Positions 34,651-46,203 of a stretch of 64,000 nucleotides of DNA are shown here, piece by piece (the first letter of the stretch is position 1; each line of letters begins with the position of its first letter). The notes under the pieces were generated by a model. It was not told the DNA's origin, made no database searches, and worked only from the letters and a program-made list of their open reading frames with translations. Origin of the DNA: Amoebophrya sp. A120 (lineage: Eukaryota; Protista; Dinoflagellata). The translations under genes were made by a program, and so were the position numbers. Where the stretch lies: contig CAJINV010000004.1 of assembly GCA_905178155.1 (NCBI GenBank), positions 5,124,619 to 5,188,618 of the forward strand. Reading direction: 5' to 3'.

Positions 34651-37189
34651 CTAGCCCGCCGTCGTCCTTTCCGCGGCTGCAGCGAGTTTGCGGCTTTTGT
34701 GTTCGTCCAGTTTGTCCTGAAACCCCACCTCCTCGAGCAGCAAACTCGCTTTCTGCCATCCCTTCGTCGCTTTGTTCAAACACCTTAACACCTCCTCGTC
34801 GTCCAGCGACTCGCGGTTGGCTTTGTGTACCAATGCTAGACTAGCCCCGGTTTCCGAATCTCGCAGCGTGGTCTTTTTGTTGTTGTTTGCATTTCCTGCA
34901 GATGATGTTGATGTTCTTGACGACGACGTATTTGTATTTGTTCCGAGGGGTGCGGAAAGCAAGTCTTGCTGTTCGTCTCCCTTTGTACTCTCCTTCCCCT
35001 TCTCTACTTCCTCCCTTCCCCGGTACGCCGGCAGTTTCGCGCCCACACGGGTTTCGATGCTGTGCAGCTTTTCGACGTCGTTTCCGTTGGTGACAAAGGA
35101 AATCGCCAGGCCGGTGCTGTTGCTGCCGCGGGCCGTTCGCCCGACGCGGTGGATGTACTCCGCGGGATCTAACGGTAGGTCGTAGTTGATCACCACGCCC
35201 ACGGAGGGGATGTCCAGACCGCGGGCCGCCACGTCTGTTGCAACGAGGATGACACGCGAGCTGGTGGCGTCGGAGTCTCCTGCTGTGCTAGAACTGGAGG
35301 CCGATGATCCCTTCTTTCCCTTGCTGGAGGAAGCCGACGAAGAACCTCCTTGTTTATTATTCCCGGACGCCATTTTCCGATCCCGCTTTTCCGCTTCCTT
35401 CCGGACCTCCTTTAACGATAATTTACTCTGGCTATTTTTCCCCCCCGTTGTAGTACAACTCCTCGCCCGCGTGATTTCCCGCGCGCTGCAGGCGGATTTG
35501 AACTTAAGCATGCTGACCAGCCGGAGCCGCTGACTCTGCAGGGAATGGAGACACTGGGTGTTCTGGAGCTTCAAACCGTACTCTAAGGTGGTCTGCACCC
35601 GTTGGCAGGTTTCGATGGAAGAGCAAAAGATAATCACGGACTCGTTTCGGACCTCCGGGTCCACCGTCAACAGATAGTACAAGTAGCAGAACTTCGCCTG
35701 CGGCGGCACGAACAGGTACGCCTGCTCGAGCAAGTTCGGCGTCGTCTGCGTTTCCTGCGCAATCGCGTCCAGAAAATAGTAGCGCCGGTGGTCGATAGAA
35801 CTTGTTGTACTTCTTGAGGCTTGTCCTGCATGATCACTGTGCATTTTTAGAGATGAACCTTGTTCCGTCGTTTCTCCAAGAACGTTCTGTCCTCTCGTCG
35901 ACTGGTGCCACAACTGCTTCAGATTTTCCGTCACTGTTGCGGAAAACAGCATCGTCTGGCGCTTCGACTTCGCCGGAATGTTCTGCATGATGGTTGCCAA
36001 TTCCTGGTCGAAATTCGGGTGGAAAATCCGATCCGCCTCGTCGACGATGAGCACCTGCAGCCGAGTGAAAGCATTTTTGACTAGGCTGTGTTCCTCGAAA
36101 AAGTCCGCCAGACGCCCCGGCGTCGCGACCACGATGTGCGGCGCGGCCGTGGAGAGTTTTTCCACCTGCGAGTGCATGTCCCGCCCGCCTACTATCAAAT
36201 GCAAAAATGTCTGGGCCTGGAAGAGTGCAGGTTTGTCATGCTTGTCTGGCATGACTCGAGAATCTGTGTTGCATAGGCAGGAAAAAGCCCTCTTACCTGG
36301 CATGCGAAAACACACTTTGCCATGCGGAATACGTAAGACATGGCAGCCAAAAAATTTGTCATGCATAGTTGCGTATTGCAGTGCGTCTATCATTCACTTG
36401 AAGCATTACAAGTTTCCAGACCCAGACATTTTTGCAATCCATACCCACCACGACCAGACAACTCGCGCGGACCGGCTTCCCCAGTGCCTCGAACACGTCC
36501 GCGATCTGGAAACAGAGCTCTCTCACCGGGGAAAGCACCAAGGCGAACACGCCGAAGGGGTCTTTGGAGAGTTGCAACAAGGTCGGGAGCGCGTAGCACA
36601 GGGTCTTCCCCGTACCGGTTTTGGCGTTCCCGATCACGTTTTTTCTCTCCACGCACAAGGGCAGCGCGAGTTTTTGAATGGTCGTCGGGTAAAACAGATT
36701 CATGTGGGTCAGCCCGTCCGCCGCCCAGGCCGGTAAGAAGCTGAAATCGGTGAACCGCTGGATCTTCTCAGCGTCGTATTTTTGGAGGGCAAGGGCGTTG
36801 TCGTTCGTTTTTACTTGTTCTTTCAGGGTGGAGTCCTCGTCATTTTCACGCACGTGTTGCTCGTTCTTTTCCTCTTGCTGCCCGTCGCTGATGTCATTTT
36901 CATTTTCTGGTTCTAGTTGCTTCAGTTCTACTCGTGTTCTTTCGTCCTCCTGGCTAGCTGCATCTTCGCTGTCATTGCCGATGGAAGTCTCGTCATTTTC
37001 GGCTTCAGCGTCGCTCGCGCCGCCGTCTGCCGGCTTCCCTTCAACTGAATTTGTTCTTGTCTCGTCCGTAAGCGCCTGGAGGGGCTCTTGCTTTCGCTTC
37101 CCCTTTATCTTTTTCATCACCTTCTTCCTCTTGCCGCCTGTGCCCGCAGCGGTCGTTCGCTGTTTCATTTTCTTCACGAGTTTTACCAT
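34651..37189 (-). CDS. DDX49: DEAD-box RNA helicase, DDX49/Dbp8-like; 2 exons
   Basis: Q motif [32 protein letters not shown] (Dbp8-type), VVGGRDM restored across the intron, [28 protein letters not shown]. Confidence 0.88.
36193..36443. mobile_element. Introner-like intron, family F (GT-AG register available)
   Basis: TATCAAATGCAAAAATGTCTGGG...CCCAGACATTTTTGCAATCCATA; TSD CCTAC/CCCAC (4/5); splits the conserved GG motif. Confidence 0.9.
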
Positions 37190-38265
37190 GATTTTCTAGC
37201 CATGAGTATCTATCAGTGACATAGAAAAATCCAACAGGGACGGATGCGCTTGCGCTTCCGAAAATAATCTACTGAGAAAGGTTCTGTATAGTTTCTTACG
37301 ACAATAGCAATCACTTAAGGTTAAGTCTCACGCCTGCTCTCCTCCTGTTGGTTGCTAAAATTGATAAAGAAAAATACGTAAAAATATGATCATCTTCGTA
37401 GATCTGATATGATCCGAGCAGTAGTGATTCCGACAACAATATTTTTGGGTCCATGATTTTGAACTTGCAAGGATCAGATCTTCTACTCCGCTCTTCAGTA
37501 CCAAATCAAGGTACCACTGCTGATCTGGAGGAGACTGCAATTTCTGTTTCTGACCTACAACTCTTGCCTTTGATGATCCGCAGACATTTTATTCATTTTC
37601 ATGCCGGATCAAGAAGTCGTGTGATTATTTTGCGTATATACTATGCTTTACCTGCTCACAAACATGATGTCCGTGTGTGGCTACACGGGCGACCTGGCGC
37701 ATCTCCTGAATAAAATCAGAAAAAAACAAGCCAAGATCGCTCCTCGAGACCAACATAATAAATGGGCTAAGATCCTGTAGTTGTTGTTCATTTTTGCAAT
37801 TATACAAAAAAACAACGTTTTGACTTCTTCTTGTTCTTCAGGTGCTGTTCTCCGCGTCACGCCTTGGCGAGACTGCAACTCATACTCAATTTATTTTTGT
37901 ACAAAAATGCAGCTATGTATCGATTCGAAATCATGGTAATGGAAACGCATGTAAACGAAAACCGGTAACGCAAACGTCAAAAGATCAATTTCAAATCGAG
38001 TTTTGTTGAGAGGATATGGATTATAAATATGCTTTGATGTTGTTTTGTATACAGCAGCCATACTTCTTCGTAAATTCCAACAAACTCGGTGCGATGAAAA
38101 GCAAACATATCAAAGCCGCGCAAGTGTTGTGTACATACGTGTAATTTTCTTCAAACAAGTTGTTTAACTTAATTTCTTGCAGGACGAGGTAAGTAGTAAG
38201 TTAGTCAGTTGTTGTGCCGTCGCAATAGCACAAACATATTTTATCCCCCTACGCCGGTCTCCGTA

Positions 38266-39513
38266 CCTCAACGCGCATGCCCGCGGCTTGGCAAAGCAAG
38301 TGCAGGTGACACACCATCGCGTAGAAGATGATGTGAATTGCGTGAATGCTGGCCTGCTCGAAGACCACTGCAAAGTTTTCCCACGCGAGTAGCAACCAAT
38401 AGCCTCCGGAAGTTATCACAACCAAACGCTTTGTGAACTGCAGTTTTGCGATGGTGGGTCGAACATGCATGGACATGTCGTGCAAAAGCCCGTTCTTATG
38501 CAGTAATTGTAACCTGAATGTGAATCAGCATGATGATCGCTCTTTAATACGTGATGAGGAGCAGTTGCAAAACTAAGTAATACCTCGATCCGTCCCCACA
38601 GCGTGTCGAATGCGTCTGCCGGCATTTTGTTTTTCGTGTACCAGGCTGCCAACCGCACCCGCAGGTGGTTGAAGAACCACGGGGCGTAGTCCAGCAGCGA
38701 CGAGAAAATCCAGAACTGCAGCGTGATCAGCAGGTACAGGTTTTGCTGCGAAACCATGTACCGGGCGGCGTCGCTGATCTGGTCCGCTGCATGTTCCTGC
38801 TCCAGCAGCGACTCTGATGTATCAAATCGGGGCTCCATCCCAAAACTGCTGCGAATGAAGTTCGTCAACGCCCAGGTATTATGCGCCAGGGCTGGGGTCC
38901 GCGCGGAGGTTCTCCTTTTCTTATTCATCTTGTTCCGGGATAGCGGGGGTGGCCTTTTTGTCTGCTGGCTGGTGCTGCTTCGAGAAGATGCGGCGGGAAC
39001 AATTTTATTCCCGTTCTTCATTTGCACCTTGCTTCTTCCCCCACTTGTTCCTGCCCCCGCTGCAGCCGCTTTTGCTCGCCTTTCCCTGGACCGCAGCCCG
39101 TGCTTTTCCGCGAGCTCCTTCCAGGTCGGCACGTCCTCGGGCCGCACGAGTCCCGGCGGCGGCGGGTAGGGCAGTGCGATGACATCGTCGGGGGGACTCG
39201 GTGTGAAAATCAGGTGCGTCTTGTTCACATACCAAAAAATCTCCAGATTTTCGTCGTCGATAATATCATCTTCTTCATCATCTTCCAGCTGTCCTCCCGC
39301 AACTGCAGCCCGGATGAAAGAAAACCCGCTTTTTCTCACACTATCGAACCACTCCCCAATCTCCTGCGTCCACCCTTCCAGGCTGTTGGTCCCGGCGCGA
39401 AACAGGGCGGTGTCGTGGGCGATGGTGTAGAGCAGGTACGGAGTTGACAAACTGAGCAACCCGTTGCACACCCAGAGGGCAATGGTGTCCCACCTCGTGC
39501 TGTGCCGTGGCAT
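38266..39513 (-). CDS. Hypothetical membrane protein, multi-exon, 3' end unresolved
   Basis: ORF 38416-39513 has hydrophobic segments and a probable donor GAG|GTATTAC near 38583. A further exon-like frame (LLAWENFAVVFEQ...GMRVE|GTAC) lies at ~38266-38400. Confidence 0.5.
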
Positions 39514-40468
39514 CTTGATCTTAATGCTTTCTGCGAGACAACGACCGGTCGTGCTCGTGTGGTCAGGAAAACAAGGAGAGGTGTAATTGTTCGCTAGGTA
39601 CTTCTGAGTCCCCCATTTTTTTGATATTCATCCCGGTGCGGGAGCAGGTCATGCTTCCGAAAAAAGAAAAAGAAATCTTGCATGTCTTTCTTGCGATACT
39701 ACTGGAATACGAAAAAGGTTTCCGTTTATTTCGCGTACTGACACTTGTTCGACTTAAACTTTCGCATATCAAACCGTTGTAATAGAGCTGAAATAACGAA
39801 GATGATTGACTATGACCGACGTGGAAAACCGACAACAACGACAATGATGATGTCCCTGACGAATTGAACGATCACGATAATTGAACCTTGTTTGCGGGTT
39901 CTACTGCGCTACTTAGATGACAGACGACCGAGGAATTTCTGACTTAGTACGACTGCGACGAAGACGATGGTGATCGATGATAATAGCCCAGGTTTGCACA
40001 ACATCTGTACCTACGTAATGGAGCAGGAGTCTTCACGACGTTCATTGCGCAGCAGCGATGGCCTTGGCCACGACGCTTTCTTGATAGTTGTATCTGCTTC
40101 AGGTTTTTTTCCTGCTATTTTTGCGTTGATACTTGATAGACAGTACTGAGTGGTCAATAAAGCATGCTGTCGATGCGTAGTTCTGCTCGCAGCAAGGGTG
40201 CGTCAGTCATTTTGTGTCTTGAGAGCGGGAGCGGGTACAACTCATCTACTGTCGCGAAGTGCAGCCGCGCACACAGCACGATGACTGCGAAGTGCCAGTT
40301 GTGCTGTTCTTTTCATTTACTTGGTAACTGGTAGTTGTGCCGCGAGTTGTGCGGCTGCTCCTTGTCTTCCTGCGCGGCACTCTACGGTCTCGACACAACG
40401 CGTCATTTGCTCTCCCACCAGCGACAGCATCGGATGCTTAGCTAGTACCACACCAGCAAATAAGCTCC

Positions 40469-43400
40469 TTATGCCCCGGCGACCTCTTTCAGGTAGGCTT
40501 GGTGCAGTTTGTCCTGCTTTTCCCACTCTTTCTGCAGTTTTTTCCGCATGCTTTTCGTCAGCTCCGCGTCTTCGGCGTCGTGGGTCGGGAGGCCCTTGTC
40601 GTCGAACTTGCTGTACTTCCCCTCGTGTTCGCCCTGCTTGAACAGCTCCGTCGGTGCGATTTTTCGGAGCCGGTCCTTCTCGGCCTTTTGGCGCTCCTGC
40701 TCCTCCTTGCGGGAACCCTGGTTGCTGTCCTGCATGTTCTTCACCACGCTGCGATAGTTTTGTAGTTGTACATAGTACTATTAACATTTCAGTTTGACAA
40801 CAGCTGGACTTCTCATGCTAAAATCCCACTAGTGGAGCAATTTGAGATGGAGATGCTGAACGCAATCAAAATGATAAATGAGAAACCGCAATCTATAATT
40901 CAAGTACGCGCTTTCCTTGAGCTGCACGATCCGGTTGAACACCAATTTCTCCGCGCTGCTGTCCCGGTCGCTGCAGTAGAAGCCTTTTCTTTCGAACTGG
41001 TAGCGCTTCACGGAAAATTTGTTGGCCTCGAACACCTCGTCTTTTAAAGCGCGTTCGGCCTTCGCGTTTGCGAATCGTTGCAAGCTCTCCGGGTTCAAAA
41101 AGTCCATCATGTCGTAGTCGCCTTCCTTGGGAAACTCGTTGAACAGCTGGTTGATCAGCCGTACCTCGCAGTTCACCGCAGTGCTGCCGTCGACCCAGTG
41201 GATAATGCCCTTCACCTATCCAAGAAAAAAACGTTGTTAGTGTAAGAACTCTGTGATGCAGAAAATGCAAAGCCCTTACGTTTGTCATGCCCCACATGCA
41301 TGGTAGGCTCGCTTCCTACGTGTTTCTTTTCCCGTCCTATCTGCGCATGACAAGTTTTTCCTGTCATGGCAGACAAACTTCTCATGCTGTTTTCCCAAGA
41401 GACCTACACTAACACAGCTTTTTCCTTCGATAGCACTTTCCGATCCGTCGGCATGCTGTCCCGTGTGGCCGGGTCGTGCGAACAGACGAGCTTTGTCACT
41501 TTGTTGGTTTTGGGATCCCGGATTATGTCCTCCAGCTTAATGACGTAGGAAAAACGGAGTTTGACCTGATAAGGTGGGAATTTAATGGAAGTTTTCGAGG
41601 TTGTTCAGCTCACGCTTAACAAAGGTCGTCGATGGTATCAGACTAAAGGATTTACGGAATCAGACTTATTTATGGAATCAGGCCAATGGAATCCGGCTAA
41701 GGTATCGAATCGGCATAATGGGATCAGCTTTGCCAGTGGAATCAGACTAGTGGAATCAGGCTAGTGCTGCGCTATCCAGTCCGTGCTTTGCTTGCGCCCG
41801 CGCACGGTCGGCTGCTGGGAAAACGCAGAGGGAGCCACGGAAAAACGGCCAACATGCCTGCACATGCCAAACACTCGCCCGACAAGCCCCGCGCCCACCA
41901 TTCGCTGGGGCGAGTCTTCGTTCCCCCCCCCCCACACGAGCACACACCTCGACACCTTTCATACTCCCCTGCGCGAGTATGAGAAAGGGGAGGGTGGGAG
42001 GTGCCTCCCATAATCAAAGAATCCAGGCAGTGCGAGGCGCCACCGCCCGTGCCGGGAGGCGCTGCTCACAGGCGGACAGAGACCGGGAAGACAGCCTCGC
42101 CGCCGGCAGGCCTCGCCCCTAGGCATTGGCAGCGCCAGGTCGCTAGCCTACGGGACCCGCCCTGCTGCGACATACAGATGGCTGCGCCCTCGGGAAGCTG
42201 GCTGCCCCTAGGTCGGGAGGCGGCGCCTGGGGGCGGGCGCAGGGCAGTCCCAGCCGACACTCACATGCATGCAAGCATCTGCGCCACTGCGGCCCCGACC
42301 ACTTGAAACGCGAGTGGAGTCGCCCCACCCAAAAATCGAAGCACCGACGGCCCCGGGCCGTGCGGCGATGTACCTGCGGGCGCAACTTTCTAGGCGGCCC
42401 ACCGAACGGGCGGGGGGGGCCGCCTGGTCTGTCAGTCGGTGCGCAAGGCCTTGGGCGCAGCTCCAAATCGTAGCCGGGGCGGAGCGCGGGGGGACAGACC
42501 AGGATAGGCAGGGCGGGATGGCAAGCATCGACTGCGGCGGCCGCGGAACATATATAGCGCCGCGCTTCTGCGCAGTACAGACCGAGGAGGCGCTTACCAT
42601 CGCCCTCGGCCTGTCTCGGCCGGATTTCCCCAAGTAAAAACACGAAAAACGAAGCCGATTTTTGGAAATTTGCGAGAGTTCCCCCCCTATTTTTCAACAA
42701 AAATCGCAAAAAAAAGCCTTTTTTCGTTGAAGTCCGGCAATTTCGCCCCCACAAAGCATCGCGCTTTTGCGCGCTTTTCTGTTGCAACCTAGAAGCACCG
42801 CCGCGAAGAAGGAGCGCAGAGAAGTAGCACGAGGCAGAGAGCAGTAGATGGGCGCAGTTCTAGCGTCTCTTTTCTATAGTCGGCTTTTATCTTTCTAAGC
42901 GTTGAGCTTTTTATTTTTTTGACTACTTCAGATGTCACTTTGTCAACCGGGATCGCCAACAGCAAATTGCTGGCGCGTGTCTTAATGTGGACGCTGAGGA
43001 GTGAACGGAAGCAGCTACGCAGACACACATACCCAACATGCAAGCCAGGTCCCCAAGTAGAAACGCAACGCACAGCATGCAAGAACTGCGGGCGAAGTTG
43101 CAAGGAGACCAACGCGACCAGTTGGAGCTGCAAAACATGATGGACCAAAGCGATGCCTGCAGGGAGAGAGTATTTCGGACGCATACGATAGAGAGCGCGC
43201 GGCCACCACATTCGTCGACGTACTCAGAGTCCGCTGCTCCTGATTCTATCCACAAGCTTGATTCTAGTATCTTGATTCTACTCATTATTCTGATTCTACT
43301 ATACTGCTTCCACTTGTAGCCTGATTCCATTAGTCTGATTCCGTTCACTAAGTCTGATTCCCTCTCTTACCCTTAACAATGTCATAATATGTTGCATGTT

Positions 43401-45196
43401 GTACTTTACAAGTATGATGTGAAAAAACAGATCATGTTTCAAATCCAATACCTCGCCCCCGACTTTCGAGAAGCGGTAGAAGTCCGCGGGTGCGTTTTCC
43501 TGGAAGTCTTCTCGGTCAATGAAGATTTTGCTCGAGAAAGACAAAGCCCGCGCGCCGAAGGATTTATCGCTCGGGTGGCTGGCGCAGTCCGGGATGGTTT
43601 CCGTAGTGGAATACGTTTTGACTTCCACCTCCAACGGGTCTAGCACCACCATTCTGCGGCTGGAGATCGGGTCTAAATCTAACCGGATGCTCTCCTCTAA
43701 GAGACCCATATTCTGCATGCTGTCCGTGTTTGTCACGCCCACCGTGTCGCAGAAACGCTTGATACCTGGGCGGGGAAATCAGAAAAATGTGATGCTTTGT
43801 ATCAAAAAACAAATTCTGTAAGGTCGGCGTCTTATTTGGAAAATAACAAGGACCCAAGACAGGTTCCTAGCAAGTGCTAAACGAGAGTAGCGTTGAAAAA
43901 TCCGGGGAACTTCATCATCTCCACATACCTTGCGGCCTGACTCCTCTTCTTCTGAGCCCGCAGATGGTCATCAATCGCGGGTCGTCCCAGCCCATGACTC
44001 GCTTTTCGTTTACCAAGCGAAGCAATTTCCGCTTCGAGGTGACCGCACCAACCAAATTCAACCTAGCAAATTCCGTCTGCTCCGGTCGGGACGGGATGGA
44101 GGGGATGTTTTCGATGAACCAGCGGTAGAGAATGTTGTGGTTCTCGAACTCCAGCGTGCAGATACTGTGCGTGATGTGCTCGATCGCGTCCTCCTGGCCG
44201 TGGGCGAAGTCGTAAATTGGGTAGACTTTCCACTTCGACCCCGTGCGGTGGTGGTCCGCAAACCGAATCCGGTAGATTGGCGGGTCGCGAAGGTTAAAAT
44301 TCGGCGACTGCATATCAATCTTCGCGCGGAGGAGCAGGGTGCCTGGTTGATAGATGCGGTTTGAGAGATTTTTCAATTTCATGTTGCAACATATGGTATT
44401 TAGGTCGGCGTGCTGCAATCGACTTCTCGTTCTCTTCGTGTCATGTTTCATGGATCTTTCCATCATGTAGGAGCGCACGCTTAAGAAACCTATACCTTCT
44501 GGATGCTTTCCCTCCTGCATTTCTTCGAAGAGCTTCATGTTTTCCGCCACGGACCTTTCTCGGAAGGGGCTGTTGGTCCCGTTTTCGCGGCTGGTTTTTA
44601 CCTCCTCGGGCGTCTGGGAGTCCACGTAGGCCTTGCCGACTTCGATAAGCTCTTTGGCGTACTGAAACATCAAGTCAAAGTAGTCCGACGCGTAGAACAA
44701 ATTGTCTCGCCATGGCTTCTCGCCGTGCTTCACCCAGGGAAGCTCCAGTGCCTCGCAGACCCACTCGACCTGTTCATGGGGACAGCGGTAGCGGTTTGCG
44801 TTTGATGTTGAGTAGAGCTCGATTTTATGCATAGTGCGAAAGAAGAACATTTTTGCAGCAACTTCGCTTCAGAATATCAGAAACTGAAAGAAAAAGACAG
44901 CACCAAAAACTACTATTTGAAGATATGTGAAAAAATACGTCCTGTAGTATGCTTTCCACGTACTCCGTTTCCTCAGTCACCGGGTTTGTGTCGTCAAACC
45001 GCATGTTGCACTGCCCATCGTACTTTTTCGCCAAGCCGAAGTTCAGCAGAATGGACTTCGCGTGCCCGATGTGCAGATACCCGTTCGGTTCCGGGGGGAA
45101 CCGCGTGGTCACGGTTTTCCCGTGCGAGCGACCACCCGGTGCCAGATCATTGTCGATCTTCTTCTCCAGGAAATTCTTGCGGTTGGGGTCTTCCAT
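40469..45196 (-). CDS. QARS: Glutaminyl-tRNA synthetase with CysRS-like C-terminal appended domain; 7 exons
   Basis: [84 protein letters not shown] introns at 44770-44938, 44343-44495, 43766-43928, 41566-43451, ~41216-41436 and 40749-40907. Confidence 0.93.
41217..41432. mobile_element. Introner-like intron, family E (GT-AG register available)
   Basis: TATCCAAGAAAAAAACGTTGTTAGTGTAAG...CCTACACTAACACAGCTTTTTCCTTCGATA; TSD TCACC/GCACT (3/5); restores RKVKGIIHW. Confidence 0.87.
41636..43372. mobile_element. Probable non-autonomous TIR-type element in the long GlnRS intron
   Basis: Left array of GGAATCAG(A/G)CT units (41636-41763) mirrored by AG(T/C)CTGATTCC/TGATTCTA units (43240-43361). GC-rich core. 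Right end CC|TTAA. Exact left end not resolved. Confidence 0.6.
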
Positions 45197-45872
45197 GATG
45201 TTTTTGTTTTCAAAATGTCGCTACGGGAATAAGTAGAAAATGAGTTTTTAGTGGGGAGAAAGGAGACACGCAGCTCACGTTCAAGTTAAAGTTATTGAAA
45301 CGGTAACAATCGAAATAGTACCTCTTCTACACATCGGTATCAAAAAAGTCAAAATGTAACTTAGTTCGCTGGAAGATCAAAAAAGAAACGAAAATCTTGT
45401 CAAAAAGGCAAGCAGAGAAAAAGCGTCGATTTCTTCGTGGACTTCGTAAGAATGTTGCAGAGCGATTGATCGTCGGAAAAATACTTGATCGCGGTGAATT
45501 CAGATCTCTTTTATCGCGGTGGGCAACAGTTTCAAATCTCTGATCGCCAAGATCTAGTATATGTTCTCTTTACGTGGTATACATTCACGAAAGTGAATAC
45601 AAACTTTCTAGGAGGTCTAGAACAGCACGATTTGAGAACTCCGATGGTGAAGTTGTCGTCATGGGAGTTTGCTTCAGTGCGAATGCCTGGTGAAGCTTTT
45701 TATGTTTTTATCAATGCAAGAACCACTACTGAGTAGTACACGACTGAGGAAAATTTGAATCCACAAAACGAGAAAGGCTAAGACAGCCTTCGCTTCTGTT
45801 TCTCTGTTTTTGTCAGGGAAAATACACCCCGCGCAGATAAGTTAAGAGGCAATGAAGTAGATATTTCCGTTA

Positions 45873-46081
45873 GAGTGAGGTAACAAATCAAATCCTTAAG
45901 TTACCGGGTAACATAGCGTCCGGCGGGCCGCCGGACGCTAAGTTACCCGGTTCCCAGCCGCCAGGAACGGTCCGATCCGCTGGAAGGGGCTGGCGGCTGG
46001 GAACCGGGTAACTTTGCGTCCGGCGGCCCGCCGGACGCTATGTTACCCGGTAACTTAAGGATTTGATTTGTTACCTCACTC
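45873..46081. mobile_element. Hairpin MITE, PIF/Harbinger (Tourist)-like
   Basis: About 92-bp inverted arms GAGTGAGGTAACAAATCAAATCC...GGATTTGATTTGTTACCTCACTC with 1 mismatch and a 25-bp loop. Flanked by TTA at 45870-45872 and 46082-46084. Confidence 0.8.
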
Positions 46082-46203
46082 TTATTACTTCCGCGCACGG
46101 ACTTGTTCCAGAAAAGGAAAACCGCTCCACTACGTTGATTACGGACCTTTGCCGCGATGCAAAAAACAAAAAGAACTGAGTAAATACTAGATTCACCTCA
46201 TGG

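Noticed and set aside
41756-43348. ORFs inside the GlnRS long intron as a transposase or other gene
   Set aside because: No DDE, RT or recombinase motif recognised. The ORFs look like by-products of high GC.
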